A DNA stretch of 64,000 nt, taken from a plasmid. This document shows positions 8,876 through 18,512 of this stretch, one piece after another. The stretch lies in the sequence record NZ_CP033968.1. One strand, written 5' to 3'. The position numbers and the translations under genes are program-made. How positions within the stretch are numbered: position 1 is the stretch's first letter; every line of letters starts with the position of its first letter. The notes beneath the pieces were generated by a model that made no database searches, was not told where the DNA came from, and worked only from the letters and a program-made list of their open reading frames with translations.

Positions 8876-9419
8876 CGCAGGTGTCTCCTCGAGGCTGGGA
8901 TGAAACGGTGCCGTCCAAGGCCTTGCTGTAGGCGAGGTACGCGCGGGCGCGGAATTCCGTGTTGGCCGTCAGCTTCTCGTACATGGTCACGGCGCCGGAA
9001 GCCGCTGCGGTAGTCGTGAAGCGACTCCAGATGCAGTGGATTGCGCGATTGGCCTGCTGATCGACTGCACGCAGCGCCTCATTGTTCGACACATCGACGA
9101 GCAGGGTCGCTTGCAGACTTTTCGCCAGCTGCTCGACGGCCGCCCGCTGGCCAGCGTCGTAGGGCTGTTTGCTGATGTAGGTCTCGATGTCGTCTCGGAT
9201 GCCGTTTCCATTGGCATCCGGACCTTTCACGTCTGGAGACCGGTCGAGGATCGGAAGCTGGCCGGTTTGCTCCAGGCGTTGCACCGCCTGCGCCGGCGTT
9301 TCAGTCGGGGGCGTTTGCGCCTGGGAGTCTGAACCCCCACCACATGCGGACAAGACGATCGCGCTGGCGATGATCGCGGTATGGCGAGCCAGTACACCTG
9401 ATTTTCGATTAGTTGTCAT
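8865..9419 (-). CDS. lipoprotein of unknown function (longer ORF reaches 9497)
   Basis: Lipobox IVLSAC-GGG; AAAGGAAA upstream of MTTNRK; overlaps the hydrolase start by 11 nt, suggesting translational coupling. Confidence 0.55.
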   Translation of the reverse strand: MTTNRKSGVLARHTAIIASAIVLSACGGGSDSQAQTPPTETPAQAVQRLEQTGQLPILDRSPDVKGPDANGNGIRDDIETYISKQPYDAGQRAAVEQLAKSLQATLLVDVSNNEALRAVDQQANRAIHCIWSRFTTTAAASGAVTMYEKLTANTEFRARAYLAYSKALDGTVSSQPRGDTCDAQ

Positions 9420-9622
9420 TTTCCTTTGATTTTTGAGTCGTTTCCGGGGTGGAACCGTATGGCTAACCCCTGCATCAGCCAGTTCCGCCGGCGGCATCGA
9501 AGATACACTACGACGCTATATCGATACATAACACGGAGGTAGTATCAGTGTGTGTCGGATTGATGTACTTCCCCATGTTCTGCATCCCTCGTCATTGATC
9601 AACCCGCAAGGAAGGAGAAGGA

Positions 9623-10174
9623 ATGCAGAATCAAGTAATGCAGGTGCGAGCAGGTGTTTCGTCGCGGCAACTGCGCGAGCAGTACCCAACCAAGGGGTCT
9701 ATGCCGCGCGAAGTGGTAGAGGTGCTGTACGCAACCCGGAAGCAGGAGGTGGAGGCGCTGACCGCGAAGCCCACGGTCGCAGCTGAGGATCTTCTTGATC
9801 TGGATCACGGGGCGCGAGCCATGGTTGCGCAGAAGCTCTTCTGGCAGTGTGACGACCAGGCGAGGAGCTTCTTGCTCAGCGACGCGCATCACTGGGTTCG
9901 GAGCTCAGCAGTGCTGGCGCAAGCCGAGATGTCTGTCGGCCCCGCGGAAACGCGGGCCGTCCGTGACTACCGAATGGTTGACGGCCAGTTCATGTGGCGC
10001 TGGTTTCCGATGGTTCCGGGTTTCCCCGGGCAATTCGTGCGGCCGGAGGCTTGGATTCAGTCTCATTGCCCCGATGGCTATGCCCAGCCCGAACAGGCTC
10101 ATGCCTCCGCGCATGAGTGCCTGACGGGGTGCAAGGACCAGGTGGCCACAAGTTTGGCGGCAAAGGCGGACTGA
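9623..10174 (+). CDS. hypothetical protein
   Basis: AAGGAAGGAGAAGGA upstream of ATG. Confidence 0.5.
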   Translation: MQNQVMQVRAGVSSRQLREQYPTKGSMPREVVEVLYATRKQEVEALTAKPTVAAEDLLDLDHGARAMVAQKLFWQCDDQARSFLLSDAHHWVRSSAVLAQAEMSVGPAETRAVRDYRMVDGQFMWRWFPMVPGFPGQFVRPEAWIQSHCPDGYAQPEQAHASAHECLTGCKDQVATSLAAKAD

Positions 10175-10177
10175 ACG

Positions 10178-10429
10178 ATGGCTAAGTCTCTAACGCGCAG
10201 CTGCGACACGGTGTATCGCGGATCGGATGTTGAGCGGAACCGGCGTTTCGGGGAGGTGACCTCGAATGGGGTCGTCTTTGACTACACCCTCGCAGGATCG
10301 AGCGGTGCCACGTTCACGCTGGTTCGGGAAGCGGGCCAGTCGGATGAGGACCTTGAGATTGCAGCGAAGGAGCTCTGCAGGGATCGAGACGTCATCGGCA
10401 AGATCCGGATCGCGCGGCGGGCTGACTAG
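10178..10429 (+). CDS. hypothetical small protein
   Basis: 83-aa ORF 3 nt after the previous stop. Confidence 0.4.
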   Translation: MAKSLTRSCDTVYRGSDVERNRRFGEVTSNGVVFDYTLAGSSGATFTLVREAGQSDEDLEIAAKELCRDRDVIGKIRIARRAD

Positions 10430-10438
10430 CAGGAGGGG

Positions 10439-10834
10439 ATGTTCGCCTTATACGTCCTTGGTCGGCATCTCCGATCGCAAGTCAACGCCACTCATCCTGG
10501 AGATATCACCATGAGCAACGCACAGAAGCACCCCGTCAAAGTCCTGGTAGCGTGCCTCGACAGCGCCTGGAATCCGTCGATTCACTCCTGTACGGTGGAA
10601 GTGACGCATGCAGAAGAACTGCTGGGCCAGCACCTCGAACTGGCCAAGGCGGATGCCGTCGCCAGCGGGTTTGAAGGTACGATGATAGCCCTCGACTCCG
10701 AAGCGATGCCGTCGACCAAGCTGCGAGAGATCGCGGATTGGATGGACGGTAGTCGTTGGCATCCCAATACGGTGATCGCTAGCCTGATCGGCCAGGGAGC
10801 AGCTGCGCCCGCATTGCTGGCGATGGAACGCTGA
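10439..10834 (+). CDS. hypothetical protein
   Basis: AGGAGGGG upstream of ATG; terminator at about 10866-10915. Confidence 0.45.
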   Translation: MFALYVLGRHLRSQVNATHPGDITMSNAQKHPVKVLVACLDSAWNPSIHSCTVEVTHAEELLGQHLELAKADAVASGFEGTMIALDSEAMPSTKLREIADWMDGSRWHPNTVIASLIGQGAAAPALLAMER

Positions 10835-10988
10835 AGCGACTACCTCGCCGTCACTCGATAACTCACACCACAGGCCGTCCGATGCTCTTCTTGGCTTGGA
10901 CGGCCTTTCTTCTTTTGCCTCAGACGAATAGGGACCAGTGTTCTTCATAACAGGGGGCAAGCCCAACCCACCCGTTCAGGAGAATCCC

Positions 10989-11210
10989 ATGGAAACCATT
11001 CCTGTGCAGCACCTACCCAACGCTTTTCGATGCGCGCTGGAGATGTTCGCGGCGTCTGGCGATCGAACCAAAGCGAGATTGATGGCCCTGATTGATCACT
11101 ATCTGAAGGCATGCGGCCTTGCGGAAGATCCGCATCGCTCAGTGTATGAAGAGTGCGCAGTCGCCCACGCCAAGAGGATGTATAGCCTTGGTGCAGCTCA
11201 AGGTTTCTAG
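10989..11210 (+). CDS. hypothetical small protein
   Basis: CAGGAGA upstream of METIPVQ. Confidence 0.4.
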   Translation: METIPVQHLPNAFRCALEMFAASGDRTKARLMALIDHYLKACGLAEDPHRSVYEECAVAHAKRMYSLGAAQGF

Positions 11211-11245
11211 TCGCTGGCAACTCTAACTCTGACGAAGGATCTCAA

Positions 11246-11695
11246 ATGAGCTCACAAATTGTGAATAGCGCGAGGGCAGTAATCGGTGCCAGTGGCACTA
11301 TCGACGGTTCCGAAGCTCCGACTTTCGCTGTGTTTGACATTGATCGCGCGTTCATAGCAACGGTCAGTCGTCTCATCAATCTATGCAACGAGCACAAGCT
11401 CACTGAAGCTCGTACGGTCCACTACCCAGCTTGGGGACCCGGCTGGATCGAGGAAGAGCTGAAGCTCCAGAACGGCGAACTGGTGGTGCAACCCAACGGA
11501 ATCTTCCGGTTCACGGACTATCCCAAGTATGGGGGCTACCTTATCCAGACGGCAGATGTCGACTTCAATCAATTGCGAAGCAAGTTCGGTTCCGCAGTTG
11601 ATGGCGAAGTTCTTTTCCTCGCCAAGGAACCCTATGTTCGCCAGTACTACGAACAGGAATACGAACAATCTGCGCGCGAGCTCGTTCCTTCTTGA
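11246..11695 (+). CDS. hypothetical protein
   Basis: AAGGAT upstream; terminator at 11701-11745. Confidence 0.45.
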   Translation: MSSQIVNSARAVIGASGTIDGSEAPTFAVFDIDRAFIATVSRLINLCNEHKLTEARTVHYPAWGPGWIEEELKLQNGELVVQPNGIFRFTDYPKYGGYLIQTADVDFNQLRSKFGSAVDGEVLFLAKEPYVRQYYEQEYEQSARELVPS

Positions 11696-11922
11696 GCAAG
11701 GCGTGATTTAGCCCATGGCCCGCTTCTCCCCTCGGAGGTTGCGGGCCTTTTGTTTTGCAGCTCTCGCTTAGTGCCACGCCTGCCTACAACAAACGGTGTC
11801 ATCCCCGGCGCCTGGTGATTTATCTCCCCCTGTTTTCCATAACAAGCCCGTAAGGCTCCAAACCGCCAATCCGGCGGGACACCTTTGTTATGCCCAACTC
11901 AACCGTTCAAGGAGATGTACTC

Positions 11923-12861
11923 ATGATGAAATCGACTCGTTCCTTTGCAATTCTGGCAGGCTTGGCAGCATCGTTGGCGCTCGCTGCTTGCGGCGGTGGT
12001 GGTGAGGATGCGGTAAAGCCGGATTCGGCGCCGATTATCTCGACTCCGCAGCCTGGTAACCCGTCGAACCCGACTCCGGCAGAGCCGGCGCAGCCGGCTG
12101 GTCCTACGACGCCGTCCAATCCGTCGGGTCCCACGACGCCTGGTCTGACGGTTACCGGCAGTGCATCGCTGGTTGGCTCGCAGAATGTTACCGTGCTGTT
12201 TGCCGGCACTGCACTGAAGCCGACGGGCTTAGCTGGGAACTTCCTTTCGGCTCTGACTGTCCCTGCGACCGCGCAGGCAGTTACCGCAGAAGGGGCGTAC
12301 ACCACGCTGGGAGCCAGCAATGGGGCAATGTCGGTGAAGCTGTCCGACGTCGCTGAAATCGATGATGTGGCCGGCAACGGTCAGTATGCGATCGGCCGCT
12401 GGAAGGTTGGCTCGTTCGACGTCACGACACCGACGGTCAACAACACCCAGACGCTCCGGGCCAACCAGGCTGCGCCGTATGCAGTGGGCATCCCCCTGGA
12501 TCTGTATTCGGGCCCGAGCACCGGCACGCTGGCATGCACCTACGAGGCATCGACGAAACCGACGAGCTTGGATGGTTCGATCGCCGCTGGCACCTTCAAT
12601 GGTGCGGGCAGCTCGGCGATCATCAACCTGGCAACGAAGGTGATCACGCTGAATCTGTCGCTCGATATCGGCGCAGACCATGGTGTGACTGTGTCGAAAG
12701 CCAACATCTTGGTGGACATGCCGACCACGGGCGGTGGTTCGTCCGTGATTGCAGAGACGGTTGGCTCGGACCTGAGCAAACCCTATCTTGTGATTGCGTA
12801 CGGTACCGTTACCCCGACCAGCGGAGACGTGGGAGGCCTTGCGGTCTTCCGTTGCCAGTAA
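11923..12861 (+). CDS. lipoprotein with a Pro-rich linker, unknown function
   Basis: AAGGAGA upstream; lipobox LALAAC-GGGG; linker PQPGNPSNPTPAEPAQPAGPTTPSNPSGPTTPG. Confidence 0.6.
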   Translation: MMKSTRSFAILAGLAASLALAACGGGGEDAVKPDSAPIISTPQPGNPSNPTPAEPAQPAGPTTPSNPSGPTTPGLTVTGSASLVGSQNVTVLFAGTALKPTGLAGNFLSALTVPATAQAVTAEGAYTTLGASNGAMSVKLSDVAEIDDVAGNGQYAIGRWKVGSFDVTTPTVNNTQTLRANQAAPYAVGIPLDLYSGPSTGTLACTYEASTKPTSLDGSIAAGTFNGAGSSAIINLATKVITLNLSLDIGADHGVTVSKANILVDMPTTGGGSSVIAETVGSDLSKPYLVIAYGTVTPTSGDVGGLAVFRCQ

Positions 12862-12874
12862 CTGTTGTTCAGCA

Positions 12875-12906
12875 CGCCGCGGAGCTTCTCCGCGGCGTTT
12901 TTTCCT
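12875..12906 (+). terminator. rho-independent terminator
   Basis: CGCCGCGGAGCTTCTCCGCGGCG followed by TTTTTTCC. Confidence 0.7.
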
Positions 12907-13227
12907 TTGCTGCCCGGGGCGTGGCGTTACCCCGGGGTAATGTTCCTTGCAAAGGGTGCCATCCTCATGTCTAATAGTCCCATACCGACACACATCGGTC
13001 TCAGATTCTCCTCTGAGGTTGGGAAGCGATCGAAAGGTCGCACTTGCAGTCGAAGGCCCGCACGATTGAAAGATCGTGCGGGCCTTTGGCTTTCTAGGCT
13101 CCGGCGATTGTCTGCGACAGTCCCGGCCTCCGCCGCACGCCGGGAGCTCTTCTTGGCAAATCTAAAGATGTCACGTATGATCCATAACGCGTAGCGATAC
13201 GTGGTACGTAAATATACTGGACCTGTC

Positions 13228-14514
13228 ATGCAGCAGCCGTTCATCAAATCTCTGTTGTCTTCCCTGGGCTTTAGGAGGGCAGTCGGCGATCAAAATCCTG
13301 AACCACTAGCCACGGATGTTGACCTGAGCGATCTGACAAAGGTTGTTTCTACCCTGATGTCTGATCTGGATTTGCGAGAGGCTGACGCTTCCAAGGATCT
13401 GCCCACTAGGCTCAAGGCTGGCCTGAGGGACTGCCGGAAGGCAGTCGCCTCTCTGCTTTCGGAGCTCAAGACGGCCAAGCGAGACCTATCGGAGAGCCGG
13501 GGAGAGATCAGGCGATTGCAAGCCGAGGCGAGAATGCGTCAGGACCGGCAGGATTGGTGCTCGCCCGCGCTAGTGGAATTTCCGCCTGAGACGCCAAAAG
13601 GAATCTACGAAACTACGCTGAAGGTTCTACGCGGACTTATTGGCGGTAGCGCATCGTTATCGGATGCAAGCAACGCGGACAGGTTTCCCGTGGCAGAGAT
13701 CTGGACGCTGTACTGGTGCTTGGTCCATGCCTCTCATGCCGCGGTGAAGGCCGCGACGGTCGCGAAAGACGAGAACGGAATCTCTAGGGATTTCTTGGCA
13801 AAGTTGGCATCTGAAACGAGAACGTCGCCAATCTTTACGGGAGACGGTGGGAAGCTCCAGGTCGCTTACAACGCCATCTTCGAGCAAAGCGAACCCGGAA
13901 TGAAAGAGGCCGCTGTCGGCGCCGATATTCTGCTGATTGTTGCTGGACAAGGACTGGTGCCAAATGGGTTTGCTCGCCTTTTCTGGATACAGGCAAAGAA
14001 GGCAAGATCGGGCCAAAGCCCGTTCACCCTTAACTATGCTCAGGAAAATGGCGATGGGTTGCAGGTTGAAGCGCTTTCCAAGGTGCACGAGCCTAGTAAA
14101 GGAGCATTCGGGTTGTACATGCAGTACTCGAAGGACCTACCGTATGTTCCTTCGGTGCTGGTAGGCCGGTTGCCTCGCGGGAAGCAACAGCCCCTCACAG
14201 CAAAACTGTCCGATCTCGGCATCCGTCTACCAGAACTGCTGGTGGGCCACGCCATCGTTGCCTCCGAGAAATTTGGGGCATTCGCGGATACAAGCGAGAT
14301 CCTGGCCTACCTTGATGGCGTTGCGGAAAAGAAGCCACTCTTCATTGTCTCGGTCACAGCGGAAAGAGCGATGGAGTTGAGTCAGGAGCTAGCCGGCAAT
14401 CAGTTGCTCTCGACGGTCACGGACCACTACCTCCAACGGTTCGGGCTTTCGCCGGAACCTGAGAATGACCGCGAAACTCCCTCGCAAGACCGTGGCATGG
14501 ACTTCGACAGGTGA
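13228..14514 (+). CDS. hypothetical protein with a coiled-coil segment (start uncertain, 13201-13228)
   Basis: Long ORF; SLLSELKTAKRDLSESRGEIRRLQAEARMRQ looks coiled-coil. Confidence 0.45.
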   Translation: MQQPFIKSLLSSLGFRRAVGDQNPEPLATDVDLSDLTKVVSTLMSDLDLREADASKDLPTRLKAGLRDCRKAVASLLSELKTAKRDLSESRGEIRRLQAEARMRQDRQDWCSPALVEFPPETPKGIYETTLKVLRGLIGGSASLSDASNADRFPVAEIWTLYWCLVHASHAAVKAATVAKDENGISRDFLAKLASETRTSPIFTGDGGKLQVAYNAIFEQSEPGMKEAAVGADILLIVAGQGLVPNGFARLFWIQAKKARSGQSPFTLNYAQENGDGLQVEALSKVHEPSKGAFGLYMQYSKDLPYVPSVLVGRLPRGKQQPLTAKLSDLGIRLPELLVGHAIVASEKFGAFADTSEILAYLDGVAEKKPLFIVSVTAERAMELSQELAGNQLLSTVTDHYLQRFGLSPEPENDRETPSQDRGMDFDR

Positions 14515-14561
14515 GTGCAGCCTTGCTGACTACGCTACCAGAGCAAACAGACTGAGTTGAA

Positions 14562-14921
14562 ATGAAGATATCCAGCGAGATCAAAGACCAGGCGAAGTAC
14601 CTCGAGTCCTATGTGGTCCTGGACACCGTAACCGCGGCGGGTAAGTTCGCGGTAGGCCTCGGCATTGGCAATGTCGCACGCGAAGGGCTGTATCTGACGC
14701 CCGTTGGGCAGGCGGCTTACGAGCGATTGAAGGAGCTCGGGAAGAACTCACCTCAGTTGGTCGATGTGGCATCCAAGTTCAAGGCAAAGGAGCTCGTTCG
14801 CCAGGCTTTCCTCAAGGCCGACGCCGGCGGCTCGATCTTCTTCGTTTGCAGGGAAGGCATCTACGACACGGTCTACGACCTTCTGAACGTCATAGGCTCC
14901 AGCGCTGCAGCAGCGGCGTAA
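14562..14921 (+). CDS. hypothetical protein
   Basis: 119-aa ORF. Confidence 0.4.
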   Translation: MKISSEIKDQAKYLESYVVLDTVTAAGKFAVGLGIGNVAREGLYLTPVGQAAYERLKELGKNSPQLVDVASKFKAKELVRQAFLKADAGGSIFFVCREGIYDTVYDLLNVIGSSAAAAA

Positions 14922-14933
14922 CGGACAATCGGA

Positions 14934-15455
14934 ATGGCTACACAGTGTCTTGATGACGTCGCCGCCGCCGGAGAGCCGACCGGGCGGTCTGAGCAGTACC
15001 TGGTCGGATGGCGCTTTGGCGACTGGTTTTTGCAGCAGGGCGGTGACCCTGATGGCCGACCGAGCGAGCTTTGGTCTGCCGAAAAGGCCAGTGGCTTCCT
15101 TGACCGGTTGGCCTTGGAGGCTGAGGTGCCAAAGAGCGGCGCCGCGGCCAGCGCAGCGCCTGCCGAGCGCGGCTGGGAGGATGCCGAAGTGTCCGCCTTC
15201 GAGGTCCGGACCTCCGCCCAGGGCGACACCGTTTGGGTCAACTGGGCCGATGGCAATTGTATTGCCCGCTTTAGCAAGCGATTCGGCATCGACGTTCACG
15301 CTAGCGGCGAAGCGCAGATGGCCGGCGCTCCCCAGTGTCTCTATTGCACTCACGGCGCTGCCGGGCCGGAGCAGTGGCGCACGTTCCAGCAGAAGGTGCG
15401 TGAGCACCATGGCATCGATGTCCCAAATGACGCGATCGCCTTCGCCGGCGAATGA
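14934..15455 (+). CDS. hypothetical protein
   Basis: 173-aa ORF 12 nt after the previous gene. Confidence 0.45.
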   Translation: MATQCLDDVAAAGEPTGRSEQYLVGWRFGDWFLQQGGDPDGRPSELWSAEKASGFLDRLALEAEVPKSGAAASAAPAERGWEDAEVSAFEVRTSAQGDTVWVNWADGNCIARFSKRFGIDVHASGEAQMAGAPQCLYCTHGAAGPEQWRTFQQKVREHHGIDVPNDAIAFAGE

Positions 15456-15508
15456 GCTGAGCGCACATCATTCGATTCTCACACCGTCTTCTCGAAGCAT
15501 CCCCACCA

Positions 15509-16135
15509 ATGCCGTTCCTCGCAGCCACCACGTTCTTGCTGTATGCCCACATGATCGCAACGTTCCGCGCGCTTTCGAACCGCGACGGACCGCAACGCCT
15601 AACTGCCGTGCTGCATTGGCTGGCCGCAACCGTTGGCGCCTGCGCGGTGATCTTCGGCTTCGGCCTTGAGGCAGTTTTCACCGGGGCGCAGCGACCAGGC
15701 ACTAACCTGAGCGTGCCGCTGTTTTTCGCCTTAGGCGTGCTAACCGTCATCGTGTTCGGCAAGAAGCTGCTCGCGGCTAGGCACCAGGCCGCGGAAGGGC
15801 CCGCATTTCGGGTCGGCATGATCGTCTGGGCCGTGCTCGCCGGCATCTACCTGACGGGGACGGCGATCGATCACTGGGTCTTCTTCAGCGACCGGGACAA
15901 GTCCGGAATTGGAGACGCTCGAGCTCTGGGCGTCGATGATGTTCAATGCGATGGCATCTCTCTCGTGCGAATCGACAGCGAGACGGCGCGGTACCGCTGC
16001 CCGACTTCGCTGGTTTGGGGCGGGGTACTGTCGGAGTGGCCGTTCGCGCCGTGGCCCAGCTACCAGGCAGGGGAGAGCGAGAAGCTGAAGCGCGGTATCG
16101 AGGCGCTCCACCGTAACGCCGTTCAGGTTCGATAG
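15509..16135 (+). CDS. polytopic membrane protein with a C-terminal soluble domain
   Basis: Four hydrophobic helices (FLAATTFLLYAHMIATF..., LHWLAATVGACAVIFGF..., FFALGVLTVIVFG..., IVWAVLAGIYLTG...). Confidence 0.5.
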   Translation: MPFLAATTFLLYAHMIATFRALSNRDGPQRLTAVLHWLAATVGACAVIFGFGLEAVFTGAQRPGTNLSVPLFFALGVLTVIVFGKKLLAARHQAAEGPAFRVGMIVWAVLAGIYLTGTAIDHWVFFSDRDKSGIGDARALGVDDVQCDGISLVRIDSETARYRCPTSLVWGGVLSEWPFAPWPSYQAGESEKLKRGIEALHRNAVQVR

Positions 16136-16184
16136 CCTCTGGTGCTCTGCACATGGTGTGTTGCACGCGCCTAAAATTCGCTGT

Positions 16185-16213
16185 TGACGTATCGATACGT
16201 GTTATGTAGCATA
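16185..16213 (+). promoter_or_regulatory. sigma70-like promoter (TTGACG, 17 nt, TAGCAT) overlapping the palindrome ACGTATCGATACGT
   Basis: Read from sequence upstream of the gene at 16238; the motif recurs in other island promoters. Confidence 0.4.
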
Positions 16214-16237
16214 AGAACCGTTGAGTAACCGAAAAGG

Positions 16238-16498
16238 TTGATGCCCACCATGACTGCCCTTGTTGCTGCCCGTGTTGCCCTCGTGATCTGTGCCTTCATC
16301 TTCCTGATCGCTTTTCAGCGCCGGAAGCGCCTTTTCACCGTGAAAACGGGCAACGCCTCCTCCGTGCCCCCGGACTTCGACGCGTTTGTGACGGATCTGC
16401 TGGCCGAAAATCGACTGACTCTCGTCCTGAGCGGCTTTTTCGCCACTCTGTGCCTCGTGTACGTCGTCTATACGCTGTTCGTGCCCGGCGCCGCCTGA
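16238..16498 (+). CDS. small membrane protein
   Basis: Two hydrophobic segments; terminator GCCCGCGTTATGCGGGCTTTTTTT follows. Confidence 0.45.
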   Translation: MMPTMTALVAARVALVICAFIFLIAFQRRKRLFTVKTGNASSVPPDFDAFVTDLLAENRLTLVLSGFFATLCLVYVVYTLFVPGAA

Positions 16499-16523
16499 CC
16501 CCTTTCTCCTCGTATCACCGCTT

Positions 16524-16547
16524 GCCCGCGTTATGCGGGCTTTTTTT
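16524..16547 (+). terminator. rho-independent terminator
   Basis: GCCCGCGTTATGCGGGC followed by TTTTTTT. Confidence 0.75.
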
Positions 16548-16608
16548 CGCTCGAACATCGTGAGCCTTCCACTGAGCGTGTATTGCTACGCGATATGAAG
16601 CGAGATAG

Positions 16609-17445
16609 GTGGGAATGTGCTTGCCCAGGAGAGAAAAGTTGAAGTCAGTTCGCAGCCTGATCAAGGCAAAGGATGGGGCGGTGCGCTTTTGCGGCGTGGA
16701 GATGCCGCCGGAGACCGTTGATGGCCTGCGTGCAGTGCGCCGAGCCGCGTTTGCCGCGTCACAGTTGACCGAGGAATCCTGTCGATCGTTGCGGATGTTG
16801 GGTCTCGTGGAGCCGGCTCCAGGCGCAATTAGCGGCGAGGGTGCCGATGCCATGCGTGATGGCGCCTCGCTGAAGCTCACCGTGTTGGGCGCTCTGCTGT
16901 TGCGCGTACTAGAACGGCCAGAGGCCATTCGAGAAAATGCAAACACGACTGTGACTGTGTTTCCAGCAGATCCGGCCGTCTACGCGCTGGAGGCGAGCGC
17001 GGCGATCGCGCTCAGCAGGCTGTTTGCCGACAGGCGCGAAGAAACTCTGGCCATCGAGCTCGCGTTCCAGGCTGGCTATGCCAGCTACCCAAACCCTGAA
17101 CCATCTCCGTTCGTCGCCGGCGATATCGCACTGGCAAAGAACTGGAAGGCCGGCTGGGGCCAACGCGAGTATGAGTTGCGACCGCTCACGCGAGAGGACC
17201 TTCAAGCCACGATCCGCGAGATGTCGGCGCAGGCCAACCAGGGATGTGGCCAGTTCTACGAGCTCTACGAGCAGCGATTCACCGGCATGGTGGATGGATG
17301 GCTCCCAGATCTGCGAGACGGCGAAAGGGCGGTTGCTCTTGAACTGTTGAAAGGAGAGGCGTATTCACCTGATGCCGATGGACACTGGGCCTATGACGCC
17401 GAGGAAAACGACATTCACTTCCTGCCCAAGGACGGGGCTCGATGA
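16609..17445 (+). CDS. hypothetical protein
   Basis: GGTGGG upstream; 278 aa. Confidence 0.5.
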   Translation: MGMCLPRREKLKSVRSLIKAKDGAVRFCGVEMPPETVDGLRAVRRAAFAASQLTEESCRSLRMLGLVEPAPGAISGEGADAMRDGASLKLTVLGALLLRVLERPEAIRENANTTVTVFPADPAVYALEASAAIALSRLFADRREETLAIELAFQAGYASYPNPEPSPFVAGDIALAKNWKAGWGQREYELRPLTREDLQATIREMSAQANQGCGQFYELYEQRFTGMVDGWLPDLRDGERAVALELLKGEAYSPDADGHWAYDAEENDIHFLPKDGAR

Positions 17446-18149
17446 TGGGCGGCTTCCAGCCTTTGAGAGTTCTCTGGTGCTGCATCCGCAGGTTGACTGG
17501 CCGGCCATCGAACGAGTCGTCTGGTGATGTCCACCTTGAGATGCTCGCCGAGCAGCGGCAGATCCTGGTTCCGTCCCGCTTACGCGTTGTCGGGCCATTC
17601 GATCTGCAGTTCCACCAACTGCCCTACCATCAGCTCAGGCTTTCCGCCAGCTCGCAGGCGCAGCTGCAGGCAGTCAGCACAGTTGTCAGCCAGGGCACCT
17701 TGGTGATCGAGGTCGATCCCGGTGCCCACCACGCGTTCGAACATCAGGGACGCGTAGTCGTCGGTATTGCCGCGCCCCAGATCGCCGGCGTTGCCGCGGG
17801 CGGCGACGCGATCGTCAGCATCGCCGATATCGACGTAGATGCGCTCGAGATCCAAGGGGCCGACTCCAGTGAAGTATCGGCAGGCGGACGCTGCCGGCAC
17901 CTCACAGTCTCCGCCGGCGGGATGAGCTCGATTGACTGCGAGGCACTGGTCACTTCTCAGGCCGATTGTCACATCACAAAGAACGCTTCCTGCAGAACCT
18001 TCGCTCTCGATTCCATTTGCGCGCAGGTATCAGGCCGTGCGTCCTTGGCAATTGGTGGGCGTCCATGGAGGGAAGAAATCGCGATCGCGGACGACGGCTA
18101 CGTCAGCCGGTTGTGGGGTGCCGCCGCCGAGGGACTTGACTCGCGCTAA
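17442..18149 (+). CDS. hypothetical protein (weak call)
   Basis: ATGA stop/start overlap with the previous gene; third-position GC is higher in this frame than in the competing minus-strand ORF 17580-17972. Confidence 0.3.
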   Translation: MMGGFQPLRVLWCCIRRLTGRPSNESSGDVHLEMLAEQRQILVPSRLRVVGPFDLQFHQLPYHQLRLSASSQAQLQAVSTVVSQGTLVIEVDPGAHHAFEHQGRVVVGIAAPQIAGVAAGGDAIVSIADIDVDALEIQGADSSEVSAGGRCRHLTVSAGGMSSIDCEALVTSQADCHITKNASCRTFALDSICAQVSGRASLAIGGRPWREEIAIADDGYVSRLWGAAAEGLDSR

Positions 18150-18204
18150 AGAGTATGAATGGGGCGAAGCCAAGTCGCCTCTGTTGCAAACAGGAGAAGG
18201 TGTC

Positions 18205-18492
18205 ATGAACAAAGCAGAGTTGGTGGCGAAAGTCGCCCAAGGTTGCGGTCTCACGAAGGTCGCCGCAGAGCGTGCACTTCAGACGGTCTTGTCGGCGATT
18301 GAGAACGAGGTCGCCGCGGGTGGCGAGGTGACCATTGTTGGATTTGGCGCATTCCGTGGGGTCACCCGCGCCGCCCGCGCCGCGCGAAACCCTCGCACTG
18401 GGGCCTTCGTCGAGATCCCCTCCAGGACGGTCCCGACCTTCGCGCCCGGCAAGGGCTTCAAGGACAAGGTTGTTGGCTGGAAGCGCAACTAG
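18205..18492 (+). CDS. hup: HU/IHF-family histone-like DNA-binding protein
   Basis: MNKAELVAKVAQGCGLTKVAAERALQTVLSAIENEVAAGGEVTIVGFGAFRGVTRAARAARNPRTGAFVEIPSRTVPTFAPGKGFKD is the canonical HU fold sequence (95 aa); AGGAGAAGG upstream. Confidence 0.9.
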   Translation: MNKAELVAKVAQGCGLTKVAAERALQTVLSAIENEVAAGGEVTIVGFGAFRGVTRAARAARNPRTGAFVEIPSRTVPTFAPGKGFKDKVVGWKRN

Positions 18493-18512
18493 GCCGCGGC
18501 ATTGAACCGCAG

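Noticed and set aside
12229-12993. 254-aa minus-strand ORF antisense to the Pro-rich lipoprotein gene
   Set aside because: Arg/Cys-rich nonsense composition; shadow of the real plus-strand gene.
17580-17972. Minus-strand 130-aa ORF overlapping 17442-18149
   Set aside because: Third-codon-position GC is clearly higher in the plus-strand frame, and the plus ORF shows an ATGA overlap with the upstream gene. Treated as a shadow ORF; both calls remain weak.
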